DNA of 64,000 nt from Camelus dromedarius. Its lineage: Eukaryota. Both the position numbers and the translations under genes were made by a program. The stretch is taken from assembly GCF_036321535.1 (NCBI RefSeq), contig NC_087436.1, positions 34,164,001-34,228,000 of the forward strand, in the 5' to 3' direction. Shown piece after piece: positions 51,430-64,000 of the stretch (position 1 is its first letter; every line of letters starts with the position of its first letter). Below the pieces are notes generated by a model. The model was not told where the DNA came from. It saw only the letters and a list, made by a program, of their open reading frames with translations, and did not search any database.

Positions 51430-54400
51430 TGGAGCTTTCATTTTCTCACATACATGAAATGCGACCTTGACTCCGAGATTTGTGGTGTCTCCAGACTCTA
51501 AGACGTAGGAAGGCACGTCTCTCTCTTCTTCATCCTCGTCTCTGGCATAAACAGGGGCTGAATCAGTATGTGTTAAATAAAATAATGATTGAAAGAGAAT
51601 GTCAGAAGGTAAATGTATGTACTTAGAAACTGCTTCGGGAGAGCAATTTTTCTTGTTCCCCCCAGGATCCATTAGGAAAGGGTGAGCTGGAAACTACTAA
51701 GAACGCAGTGCCTGTGATTCCCTGGAAACACTCTCAGCTTGGATTCTCCTCACTCAGTCCCATACAGAGTGGAGGCACATAGGAAGGAAGTGATGAAAGC
51801 TCTGGGAGGTGACTCACTCATCTTTATTCAAAAGTGATAACTGAGTTCCTGATTACTGCCAGCACGGCAACCCACCCAACTCCTAACTGTGGTATCGCTA
51901 ACTGCCGAGCTCCCGGAGGGGTATGGTGTTCATTATTCTATCAGATATCCCTTTGATGAGGGAAAATATTACAAGAAAGAATTACTTCATGTTTTCAGAA
52001 ATGCTGCAAATGAATCCCAATTGCAACTGGCCAATCTGTGCCAAGGGTCTTCTCTTAAACCTCCTCTTACACCTCCTCCAACAATCTTACTGTAGCTGAT
52101 GAGATAACTTCCTGATGTTCAGTGAGTTCCATCAGACAATATACTGTCCTCTATTATTCTTTTTTACACAAAATTCTTTGTAGAACCATCACTAACATAT
52201 ACTGTCACTATCAGAAGGTGGTGAGTTTGAGCTTCTCTGATCTTACAAACTGTGTTTTAACATACCCAAGTATGAGTACCTATTTGAAAATGCATGTGCT
52301 GTTCTTTTCTATGCAATATATTAACAAGAGACAAGCTTTGGGATCTTGACTGCTTCTTATTAAATATCTTGAAGTGTAATTTTCATTTACTGTTGCTGTT
52401 TAAACTGATTTTATAGATTCAGTTACTTAAAATGTGAGCTATACTTTGTGCAAAGAAACAATTTTAATAAATATATTTTCAAGCAATGTATGAATATAGT
52501 GAAGTCACATTATTTTATTTGATGAGTAGTACTTATGCCAAATTAAAAGTGTAGGATTTTTTCTTTCACAATAATGTATGAAAAATAGTTCCTTTGAAAG
52601 CAGTGCTTTTATGTTAAATTAAAATTTCACAAAAATACTTTGTTTTTGTCTAGCTTTAAAATCATTTAAATTTGTTGAAGTCATACTGTACTATTTCTTG
52701 TGGATGAACTAAAATTTAGGAGTCATTTTCTTCAGGATTACTTATGAAAACTGGCATGAAGTCATAAAAAAAATTTCAGAACCTCTTTTGTTTGACCTAG
52801 TCTTACAAAAATAATATATTCCCAGAAATTCCCCGTCTAAAAACAAGATACTATAATTGTTTTGAAATATTCTGTTGAAAGTTCATGGGGACTTATGATG
52901 ACTTCTTGATCAGGGAAAATGGCATAAAACAAAGAAAAAAAATTATAAGCAAACAACAAAAAACTTAAACCCAGACTTTTCTACCTAAGGAGGGTAATGA
53001 TAAAGGGCAGTTAACAAGTGTTTCCTTTGAGTAGCTTAATGAGAGTCACAGGAACACAGAGAACTATTTTACTGAGATAAAATACTCATCCAAAAAAATT
53101 GTAATGGAAAATCTGCTGAGCATTCAAGACTTTCAGGGGTTACCCCCTGGGACACAGAACATTTAATGGATTTTCAGTTCTGTTCTAAACTTTTTTTTTC
53201 CTATGCTCCATCAGTGTTGTGGAAAATATCAGATTTTCTTCAGCTTTCTTTTCTTTTGCCTTAGAAACTTCTGGCCTTTGTAAAATGTTTAGAGTTGGAG
53301 AAGATTTCATCTTTCTACAGGAAGTCCAGTTTAGTTGAAGATACTACAATCCAAAACCTGCAAAGATTATAACAAATGTACGAAACAAGTATGCATTTAA
53401 AATTTATCTAGTTTGCTATCAAGCTATACAACTACAGTGGACTCAAATTATATTTGTGCCTTGGAAATAAAATAGAATATTAATTTACCACTCAATGAGG
53501 GGGAAATAAGATCAGCTGGCAGTGGGATTAAATTGCTTCTCTTGCTCCAAGTACTCTCATTTTTTAAAAAAGTAGGCAGAGACTAGTTAATTGAAATATT
53601 TTGAAGTTACTCTTTTGGAATTTTCTTTTGAGCCTTTCAGTTTTGATGCCTTAATGTCCCTGACTTTTAAGCAGCAAACTTAATCAGCAAATTTGAATTC
53701 TACTTTATTAAAACCACAATATCTGTTATCAGCCCTCCTGGAGCATTGCTGATTATTCTGCCCTTCACTGAAAGCCACTGGGAAAGTTTCTATTTTGGCA
53801 AAAGAAAATTCTGTAATTTTTATTCTGTTATTGAATAGAAAACTGAACAATATGAGAGTTAGGAGAAAACAGAAATGTCTTCAGGGGACAGTAAGTCACT
53901 TGGTTTGTCTAAATTAACTGTTAAGACAATCAAGTTGGTTTTGCTCTAATGTGAGTTTACTTACAAAATTTTGAAGTCATTTCAAGCATTATTACTGCAT
54001 ATACAACGTAGAATGCTAATTACCCTCTGTTGAATATTTTAATATGTTCCTCTGCAATACAATGTTTAATGATAGAGAATAAATTAAACTTATATTACAG
54101 GAAGAAAGAGAATCTACAAACTGGTGCTTCTTAATTGTTACCAAAGGAAAAGTAACAACAACACATGGATTCAGTGGGAGTATTAATAATTCAATCAACA
54201 GATGGCTAAGTGTACCTCTGAAAAATACAGACAAATTAATTCTTACTTGCTGTCATCTATTGGGAGATTAAAAAGAATTGTTTTTCTATCTTAATATATT
54301 TACGTTACTTACATGCCAAGGTATTTTAGTGAAATAATCTGATATAAGTAATAAAAGAGTATGAAGGGTTATTCTGCAATTGCTGCGCCACATAATATCC

Positions 54401-54484
54401 TCATTGCAATTTAGTTCTAAGAATATCTTACCTTATTAAACTTGAAGTTCAGGACTATTCAAGTCTTTGTTTCATAAGCTTATC

Positions 54485-54870
54485 TGTATCTGTCAGCTTT
54501 CAATAGACTACGCTACAGTAACAAATCACCCCAACTTCTCCGTGGCTTACAACAATGAACGTTTTTTTCGTACTCTCAGTGATGCTAATGCAGTTCTGCT
54601 CCATATGTTCGACATTCTAACACCCTTTGGAAGGCACAGCCTCTATCTCCTATAAGCTGTTTTCATGGCAGAAAGAAAGGAATGATGGTGGATCTCTGGG
54701 ATGCTTTGAAATATCTGCTTAGAAGTATTATTACTTCCATTCTTATTTAACTGGCAAAAGGAACTAACATGGCCACGCCTGATGTCAGCAAGATGAGAAA
54801 ATTTTCCTGCAGGCGTCATCCCTGCGTGAAGATTCAGCTGAAATTTTTATGATGACACAATCAATCCCAT
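54485..54870 (-). mobile_element. Old MLT1 LTR (MLT1K/L-like)
   Basis: ctacgctacagtaacaaatcaccccaacttctccgtggcttacaacaa...ctggcaaaaggaactaacatggccacgcctgatgtca. Confidence 0.8.
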
Positions 54871-57601
54871 AATAATTTTTTTTCTAAAATAAATTTATAA
54901 AACTTTTCACCAGTCCTGAACTAAGTTTTTAAGGGTGGCAAAAAGACTTTGAGTAGATATGACAGAAAAATGAGGAAATAATACAACTGATTATAAAATA
55001 TGCTGGCATATATTTACATGTTTCCTAGACTGGCTGAAATTTAGAAAAACCTGATATTACCACTCAAGTATGTTCCATAAATTTGGATATTTTTTATTAG
55101 ACTATTCTTCTGCTTGTAGGTCTGGTCTAAGATTTATATGGCTAGATCAAAAGATTATAATGAGAATCAGTTCACTTCCTGTTCTGAAATTAATCAGTAA
55201 CATGGATTTGTGCAGGAATAAATACACAGATAAATTTAGGTCTCATGTACCAGTGGGGTGAAAAGTTTTGGAAATAGGGTCAATGATGTAGGTCTCCTGT
55301 TATTGCAAATAAAGACATAGTGAGAAAAATCTTTATATAAAACCCATATTTTAATCCAAGGTCTGGGCTTCTCAAGAATCATTGGCAATATTTTAAGAAC
55401 AGCTGACAGTTTACTAAATACCAAAGCAATGTCAGAGCAGAAACGTATCGCTCCAACTATGAAGTCATCCATAGAGCCTACCAATTCATCACCCAAAGCA
55501 ATCAAGACTAGCTTCAAGCCAAAGAAGGGGGATTGGCAATTGGCTGTTGTTAAAGTCAGAACATGGCCCCAGGAGCTCACTCATAATGCCTGAGAGAAAT
55601 GTTTTCAGAGTCTTTAAACTCATAATAAGAAGAATAAAATTTATTAGTGTTTTAATTGATATCACATCATATCCAACAAAGCTACTTTAAGACCCCAGTA
55701 TATCTTATATCCTATCTCGATCTGCTTTATTTCTTGTCTGAGGACAATATCCCCTTAATCATCTGCATTTCTTAGTCAAAACAGAAAGAAAAAAGTTATG
55801 GTAACCACATCTCAAAATATCTTCTCCTTCTTGTACTTTGTGACCACATACGATGTCATGAAAGGCAGAATTCAGTAAGAATTATATTGTACATTTTCTA
55901 TGGTAGACTCTCTTCTTTACACACAAAAACATCCCAAATAGGAAGGTGTAATTTATCACTTTGAAGCAAATTCTAATTGGAAGTTTTAAATTACTCTTTT
56001 TTCCATTGAGAAAAGATTTACCTAGACTTTAGAAAGATTTAGAAGCAAGAAGCCACACACGCAAAAATGGAGTGCTGAAAATAAGGTACTTATGAGACAA
56101 TTCTAAATGTATTTGCATTTGGTTTTGCAGTATTCAGTTGTGTTTTCATTTATTCTACTTAATAAGTCTCTCAATCCTTGGGAGGATTGAAGGCACTGTC
56201 ATTCAGAAAACTTGAGCCACTGGATTAAGTGGCGATGAGATTTTTGAAGGAAAATATGGGATGAGAGCAGACTTCAAGCTGAGGGTTTGCTCCACAGCCC
56301 GGACCCCTAAGAGGCTGTGTTGGGTGCAGAAAAGTCCACTAGGCAGTTTGTCGAGGGAGCAGCCTCCCAAGCCGTCCACACAGCTGCGCATGCCCAGGAC
56401 AGAAGCCTCAGCAACAGAAGTGTGGCATTTTTGTCCAGGTGTTTTACATATTATGTTTCAAATATCATTTGAACCAAGTGTTTTCCTTCTTTCTTTCCCG
56501 TCGGTGGGCTTTTCAGGTGTAGTTGTAATTACTGCGAACCATCAATTCACTGAACTATGCTCAGGAGTCAACAAGAACAAAGTCAGCAAACGCAGTGAGC
56601 ACGCACATAGTCAAATAAGGGAGAGAGAAATGAGGAGTCCAGTACAACATTTTAATAGCATTATAAGAATTCATAGAAGGTAAATGCTGCTTCGTATTTA
56701 GAAACCCCAGCTTCTAATGAAATTAGCATTTGATGACATTTTCAATTCGCAGACACTGGGTACGAGGAAACTCAGGATTTTATAACAATACAGTTCCCTA
56801 AATAAGTATGCTCTATATTTAATTAAAGCTTTGTTTATTTGTTTGTTTCTAGGTCACAGTTATTTTCACTATAACACCCTTTGTCCCTTGAGAGAAATGA
56901 GATTATGCAATGTAATTCATAGAAGTCACAAAACAGAAAAAAAATTAACTTATAAACAATAGCAACCAGCTAATGCTATTTTAGTATTTAATACCAGTAA
57001 TTCTGGGTAATGTGGCTTTTGAAGAGTAGCTACCAAGGTGGGTTTCATACTATAATTTAGCATTACTTAAGGGAGAACAAATCAAATTACGCACTTTTGA
57101 ACAACGTGAAAAGTGTTTAATCCTCATTAATTTTTCTTTTTGTGATTTGCCTGAAAAATGTTCCTTTTCTTTGTTTAGCACATTTCTTTTCTTTAGAATT
57201 TATTTGTAAAATCTGGACTGTTGCAAGAGGAAACCCATTTTGGAGAATTAAAACGAACTTTTCTAAGCCATTGTTATTTACCTAATTCTTGTAAAAAACT
57301 TCGGGAAGACTCTTCTGCCTTGAGGGTGCCACTGCCTTGTTATAATGTATTCTCATAGCAGCATCTTTGGAAAATCAGCATTCTTAGGTTTTGAAGGTTA
57401 AATTAAAAACTAAATTTTTGAGTGATGGCTGTGTCCACATAAAATATCTTCAGAAAAATGTGAAGCATTTATACATTTATGAGTCATTGATTTCTTTCGT
57501 AATTTTTCATTATCTCGAAAGGGGCCTATAAACCACTTGGGGTTTTGTGTTTCAGAGGAGATTTGTTTCTAGGTTTTTGCTTGTCTTACCGAGGCATTGT
57601 G

Positions 57602-58037
57602 TTTTTCCCAGTTGTACTGAAATATAATTGACATGTACAACATTGTTTTAGTTTAAGGTGTACAACGTAATGATTTGATGTATGTATATATTGTGAAATG
57701 ATTACCGCGATGATTTTAGTTAATATTCATCACCTCACATAATTGCACATTTTTCTTATATTAAGAACTTCTGTGATCTACTCTCTTAGCAGCTTGCAAA
57801 TATGCAACACAGTATTGATAACTAAAATCACCATTCTGTCCATTACATCCCCAGAACTTATTTATCTTCAACCTGGAAGTTTGTACCTTTTGACCGCCTT
57901 CACTCATTCCCTATCCGCATCCCTGCCACCCTGGCCACCACCAATCTGTTCTTTGTTTCTGTGCATTCAATTTTTTTAGATTCCACATATGTGAGATCAT
58001 ATAGTATTTGTCTTTCTCTTTCTGACTTATTTCACTT
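57602..58037 (-). mobile_element. LINE-1 3'UTR (L1MA9-like)
   Basis: gtttaaggtgtacaacgtaatgatttgatgtatgtatatattgtgaaatgattacc...ttagattccacatatgtgagatcatatagtatttgtctttctc. Confidence 0.92.
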
Positions 58038-58416
58038 GAAGCTTTTTAAAGTATTCTATAGTTTCACAATAAAAATGGATGAGCAATAATATTATATAGA
58101 CATTGTTCCCCTTCACAAGAGCAATGATTCTCCCAGGCACCATGTGATGATTTTCAACTCTAGTGCTTGAGAAAGATGCTAACTTGGCTGCTCTCAAAAT
58201 CATTATGTTAACTAAACTGGCTTGCCTTTTACATCTAGGGTGGGGACTTTTCTGGGTGCAAATTGTAAGGGTGAACATTCTCAACTCAGCAGAAGAGAAA
58301 CCTTAGATTTAGGTAAAGGTAAGACAATGCATCCACAACGGCTTTCTGAAAACAATACGTTTTTGACAAGAAATATTGCAAAATGTGAACTCGTTACCTC
58401 AGATCTAATGAAAAGT

Positions 58417-58924
58417 CTGGCATACCTGGAGGTACTGTAGGTTCAGTTGCAAATCGCTGCAATAAAGCACATGCAGCGATGAGGCAAGCTGCAGGGATTT
58501 TTTGCTATCCCAGTGCATGTAAAAGCTATGTTAACACTATACTGTGGTCTAAATGTACAATAGCATATGTCTGAAAAAACAATGCACATACCTTAATTTA
58601 AAAATACTTTATTGCTAAAAATGCTAATCATTATCCGAGCCTTCAGTGGGTCATAGTCTTCTTGCAATAGTAACATCGAAGATCCATGATCACAGATCCC
58701 CATAACAAATAAAATATTATTGAAAAAGTTTGAAATACTGTGAGAATTTCGAAAATGTGACACTGAGACACGAAGTGAGCAGACTGATGTTGGAAAATGA
58801 TGCCAATAAGACTTGCTCAACTCAGGGTTGCCACAAACCTTCAATTTGTTAAAAACAAAACCAAAAAACAAACATTGTCCGCTAAGTACAACAAAGAGAA
58901 GGTCAATAAAATGAGGTCTGCCTG
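58417..58924 (-). mobile_element. Tigger1 internal-deletion derivative (about 508 bp; Tigger1a_Art-like)
   Basis: TIRs ctggcatacctg / gaggtctgcctg followed by TA. Both Tigger1 subterminal regions are present, joined near 58665 with no transposase. Confidence 0.9.
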
Positions 58925-59174
58925 TATTGACATTAGAGAGGTCTTTCAAATTTGTTTGCATCTTCTGTGAAGCAAAAAGCTTATACTTTTATAACAGGAA
59001 TATTAGAAGATTATCTTGGTATCTTTTCTATTCATTCGACTAAAGGCCAGAACAGATTGTACTAGTCTGACCACAGAAACTCCAACTTCAGGATTAAAAT
59101 CCTTGTAGGGGCTCACGAATAGTTTTGGGGAAAATGATCAGTTTCATCCTTCTCATGGCTAGTGAAGTTCTGAT

Positions 59175-59330
59175 TATATGTGGGGCACTTTAAGTCCTCA
59201 GTACTTTACATAAATTAACCCATTTAATCTCATACCATCTTCTGAGTGGGTATTAGTATCACCCTCATTGTGCACATAGAAAAGTTGCGAAGAGCAAATA
59301 ACGGCAGAAGCACATTTGTTCAGGATCAGC
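59175..59330 (-). mobile_element. MIR SINE
   Basis: tactttacataaattaacccatttaatctcataccatcttctgagtgggtattagtatcaccctcattgtgcacatagaaaagttg. Confidence 0.8.
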
Positions 59331-59494
59331 ATCTTAAGTAAAGAGAAACAGGGGGACAGAGCCAGACGTATAAGCTCCTTTGTGGAAAACATGGCAAAGA
59401 CACAGCTTATTAAGAACTGTAGGCAAAAGTTAGGGCAAAGCAACCAGGACAGAACCGTGACCAACTTGAAAATTACTGGTGTACTTAGTAGTAA

Positions 59495-59705
59495 AGTTGA
59501 CTTTGAACTCAAAGATGCCTGGATTTAAATTCCAGTTCTAGTCTTCATTAGTTATATGGCCTTGAACAGAGCCCTAACCCTCGATTTCCTCGTATGTAAA
59601 TCAGAGAATAAAATTACTGCTTCATATGTTAGTTGTGAGATTTAAATAAAATCAATTAATTAAATTAAATAGAATAATGCACATAAGGTGCTTAACATGT
59701 TCTGA
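59495..59705 (+). mobile_element. MIR SINE
   Basis: gcctggatttaaattccagttctagtcttcattagttatatggccttgaacag...tttcctcgtatgtaaa...gttgtgagatttaaata. Confidence 0.85.
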
Positions 59706-59984
59706 TGATCTTCTCTATACATTGCTCTGTATTTTTAGTTTTTTGATGTTGTATTTTCTTTATAGATTCTTTAATATCGGTTCCTAATTTCTAATAACAT
59801 TCACTACTGCCAGATTCATACCCCAACATCATTATTTATTAGTATGACAATTCCTGGCTCAATGTTTCTCACATGACTGCAGTTTACTGTTGAAGATATC
59901 ATGCTGGTGTTTTATCCTTTCTACATTTCATCATAACGTACTGCAAAAACACTCCAAATGGGGCTAAGTCTACTTAGCAGCATT

Positions 59985-60310
59985 AACTTTGTCAGTTACT
60001 GACTGTGTCTTTGAGCAAATCTCTTGAAGCCTACATTTTCCTCTCAGTAAAATGTGGTAATTATTTTGTCTGATCAACCTCACAGGTGTGATACAATGTT
60101 CAAAATAGATAACTCATTTGAAAACTCTTTAAAAGCTGAAAAGACCATTACAAATATTTGGTAGTAGTGGAAAAAAGAATGAACGTTGAAATCTAGTTCA
60201 AACCCCATTCAAATTCTAGCTCTGACCCTTATCAACCTTGTAGAGTTTAGAAGTCACTTACCCTCTTGGATCCTCAGTGTTTATAACTATAATTGTGAAG
60301 AATAATCTTG
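59985..60310 (+). mobile_element. Two adjacent MIR fragments
   Basis: actgactgtgtctttgagcaaatctcttgaagcctacattttcctctcagtaaaatg; ttcaaattctagctctgacccttatc...aagtcacttaccctcttggatcctcagtg. Confidence 0.7.
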
Positions 60311-61579
60311 ACTTTTCAAAGGAAAATCTTATGCCAAGTATTGTCTCTTAAAAAAAATTTTTGACATAAATATGTCTTATCAGTAAATCAAGTTGTCCCT
60401 CGGACTTAAAACATAGTTCTGTACGATTCTTATATGCTCCACTATGGTCAGCACAGCATACAGTAAATGCAAAACAAAAACAAAACTAAAAAGCAAAACA
60501 AAAACTGATAGAATAGTGATCATTATTCTCCAAACTTTTAGTCAGAACCTACCCTGATTCTAATAGATTGCTGATTCCAAAGGAAGGAAATTCAGTGGAG
60601 TCTTAAATAAAAATAAAAGGGGGATTCTTTTGTAGTCCATGACGATTTAATTATGTAGCACAACCATGAAAAATGAAATTTGTTTACCATGACATAATTT
60701 CACTGCATTCAAACTGTATAGAGAATGGATGACAGAAAGGTCCAGACAGCTGTCATCGGACCGGATGAGATGGGTTGGCTGCCAGCGGTGAAGGCCAGCA
60801 GCAAACACTGGCTTAGCTGTGGACTTCAGAGGAATCAAAAGAGCTCACAAGCTGGCCTGGTTTGAAGCAGGAAGGCCTTAGTTCATCACTTTAAATGAAG
60901 GAAACTCCAAGGATGCTGAATGCAAAATGCAGGGTCACAGAGGATGACGATAATGAAAGTAATATGACAGGCTTGAAGAGCAATGGCTTACAGTTGCCTA
61001 TCAGAAAAACAGCTGAAGGTAAAATGTGTGAGAAATTATTTATTTTTTAAGCCAGCACATTAGTAAACCTATTGCAATTACTCAGATTTATATCAACTAG
61101 CAACAAGACTAAATTACAAAAGCAACTAAGAACTATAATTTCATAGATACGTTTTAATTTTATGCATCTTAGGAATTTTGTAACCGGAATCAAGTGCTGG
61201 ATAATCAGTCTTCTGTTAGACTGTGCGGTTTGGTAGTGCTGTAGCTTATACCAATGAAGTGATCACTGAATATTCAGTGTGTGGAAGAGAGATACTCTCT
61301 ATAAGGGTTTTTAGCACTCATTCTTCAAAAAAGATACACAGAAATAACTCAGATTCTTATGTCGCCCGTTTGTCGCATTTTTTTTTGTAAGCCTAATGCC
61401 TAAAGTCTCTGTCATCAAAACCTTATTATGTAGCTTCTAAGATTAAAAAAAGAAAATGTTACTTTAAGCAACTAAAGATAGAGTTGAGATTGACTGAGCT
61501 GTGTTGTTGAGAACATTTAAGAGAGTTTAGAATAAGGTTCAAATCCATTAACCCAGGCTGCTTGTCCTCTCTCCTAATT

Positions 61580-61815
61580 TCGAGCCATTCCCTCAACACG
61601 TTGCAGATTCCTCGGCCCTTCTCAGGTCCTGGGACACAGAGGCTCCTCCCCAGGTGATGACTTGGCTCATTTCCCTCCCTCTGTGTGCGATGCTGGCTCC
61701 CAGATCTTCACCTGACAGACACCGGCTCTAAGCCTTAGCTCCCCTGGTAGCTCTGCACAGGGAGCTTCCCAAACGACCCCGTCAGTCACTTACTAATCAC
61801 ATCACTTCCTTTTAG
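61580..61815 (+). mobile_element. L2 fragment
   Basis: tgctggctcccagatcttcacctgacagacaccggctctaagccttagctcccctggtagctctgcacagggagcttccc. Confidence 0.45.
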
Positions 61816-63464
61816 AATTCAGAGAACACTCAAGTCTATCAACTGCAAATTCATTCTCTTTAAATCCTTGTTTTGAGAAGATTAGAATATTTCCTCAAGT
61901 CTCAATTGGCAAAATCACTTAAGAAGCTTCGATTAAAAAAAAGTCACAATTTGCTTTGTTAAGGTGTGTGTGAACATGTGTCTGCATCAGAGACTTACTA
62001 CTATCTTTCACTTCCTTTATGAACTAGCCTTGTCCGTATGCTGATATTTTAAAACCAATTTTAATATTAGGGGAAATATTAAAGAGGTCACCTTAGCTTA
62101 ATGAAATCAGAAATTCATATTGTTGAACTTATCTCTGAAATTGCTCCAGAATTCTCATTATCCCCAAAGTTAAAAGACTTAACTAGAATACATGATGAGA
62201 ATATTTTAAACACTTCAAAAAAAAATTTCAGTGTTTGACAGTATAGGCAAAATGTTTTGTTACATTCATTATTCTGTATGTAGTCTTTGTTACAGAGTAC
62301 TATTAATAAACTCTTATAGAATTTTACTTTGTTATTGGCCTTTACTAGTACTTATTAAACAAAATTTAAATAAGGTTGGTAGAGTTATAAAGTGAAACTA
62401 AGTTCTCTGATTAATATTATAAAAAATGTAGCCCTAAGTTTTACCTAAAGTGCATTATAGTAGAATTTAGTATATAAAGATACGTTTCATTTGTTTTGTG
62501 ACATTGATGATGATAATATCATTTAGATTCTATTTTTCAGTTATCTCATGATGATTACTGAGTCTATAAAACTATTTTTTGCCAGTTATTTTATGCAGCA
62601 CCTTTTAGGAGACATGTAATTTGCTTAAAAGAAAGTCCTAAAATGTAATATGAAATTATACTGAATACTCCAGAGGAAATTTATAGAAAAACCAGGACAC
62701 ATAGAGGTATTTTATTATTTCACAAGAATAATTGAAAAAATATATGATTGGAAAACCAAAATGTCAGAAAAGGAATGAATCACTTAGTTATTATTTTTAT
62801 CTTCACAGTTTTGAATGTCTCTTTTCCACAGAATATAGCCACAAGTGGTCCCTATAACAATTTGAATGGGACCCAGAGAAATTAAAATGGAAAATTAAAA
62901 GCATCGGAATTGGGAGGCAAATGGAACTTTAAGACAACTAGACATGTCAGAGGTAGTTATTCAGTAATTTTACCTGAATTATACTTCAGCTCTATTTACA
63001 ACAAATTCAGCAAAACATACTTTTTGTGGGAGCTGACACCAAATTCTGTGAAAAAGTATAACCCTGAAACCAAATGAACCAGTTTCAAAATCAGTAGTGA
63101 AGTCTAGGACAAAGCTGATAATAGTTCAGGGCAAAAGCTCTCAAATGCCAGGAATGTTAACTAAGTCTTACATAATTAGACAATGACAGAACTGCTGAAA
63201 AATATTAGTAAATTGCCTTATTTTAAGAACTTGTGTTCTTTAAACTCACTAGACCTATTATTTTTTTACTTTTAAAAATGTGTAGCTTACCAAATTTAGG
63301 AAGTTACTGATTATATCAATTGTCCAAAAGAATGTGTGTGGAGCACACACGAGAACCAATAGAAATTTCTTTGGAAATGAATGAAATAATTCTCTGAGAA
63401 CAGAGCTATGTAGATTTTGAAGTATTTTGGAAAAGGAAGAGTCTAGTCACCCCAAATCACAAGC

Positions 63465-63545
63465 TTCTTGAAGACAAAAGTTGTCTTTATTCACCTACTT
63501 CTTCCCAGTGCTTGACACACAATGCTGAACACATTTTTTAAATGT
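63465..63545 (+). mobile_element. L2 3' terminus
   Basis: aagcttcttgaagacaaaagttgtctttattcacctacttcttcccagtgcttgacacacaatgctgaacacattt. Confidence 0.7.
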
Positions 63546-64000
63546 ACGTTATTACTGAGACTCATGTACAGACTAATTTATAGGGAATAATTATACTTTA
63601 ACCTGATGTACCACAAATATCTATTTAGAAGTTCCCATTAAATGTAGAGTGGCCAGGAATTGTGCTTTAATTTGGATAGAAAGCTGCCTATAAATTATAG
63701 ATAATTGACTTTGCCACTTCAAAATCTCTTGAGCATTTCTTGGACTCATTCTGTTCTTGATCTGCAGCTGCATAAATTAAGACAATTTCAAATGCAAATG
63801 CACTCTTTCTGTCTTGTAATACTGACAGCCCAAACCATCCTCTTTCAGGAAACAGTATTTTATAATCACTGTCTCTAAAAATTCTGGTTTTGATTCACTC
63901 TCCAGATCCATGTATCCGTGTGTGCAGCACATGCTGTCATAAGCTTTTTGCATCAGTTAGAGGAAATATTTAATGACTGGTTTCCTATTAAATGGTAGAG

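Noticed and set aside
55236..55593. 114-aa minus ORF and an overlapping 54-aa plus ORF (MSEQKRIAPTMKSS...)
   Set aside because: No recognisable homology, convincing splice context or poly(A)/TSD
56261..56683. 140-aa ORF
   Set aside because: No recognisable domain; explained by locally higher GC lowering stop frequency
58593..58961. 122-aa ORF
   Set aside because: Reads through non-coding Tigger1 termini; not transposase
1..64000. tRNA-derived lineage SINEs, tRNA/rRNA/snRNA genes, processed pseudogenes, numts
   Set aside because: None recognised on either strand; a covariance-model or BLAST search would be needed to exclude degraded copies

Overview
AT-rich, CpG-poor mammalian genomic DNA that reads as gene desert or a very large intron. 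I can support no protein-coding gene. The only ORFs with recognisable homology are decayed LINE-1 ORF2 pieces (RT region near 13.9 kb; C-terminal region near 19.5, 26.6 and 42.9 kb). The window is a mosaic of ancient repeats (MIR, L2, L3/CR1, L1MC/ME, MaLR MLT1 LTRs, MER5A, a Tigger1 deletion derivative) and younger L1 3' ends. From my recall of consensus sequences, the young L1 3'UTRs and the short Tigger1 suggest a cetartiodactyl, probably a camelid; this is inference. The clearest unusual features are: (1) a 68-bp inverted copy (63/68 identical) of one MLT1 LTR written into a different LTR 844 bp away, in a CpG-rich patch; (2) a solo ERV LTR with a periodic array of six CCAAT (NF-Y) boxes plus octamer and TATA, nested in a young L1 that abuts an old L1; (3) a two-LTR MaLR element whose LTRs look like different subfamilies; (4) a candidate L1 3' transduction. 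Several repeat-free, homeobox-motif-rich blocks and a few splice-competent exon candidates are flagged at low confidence. Repeat subfamily names and most boundaries are by eye and need RepeatMasker/Dfam confirmation. I did not find a new gene system.
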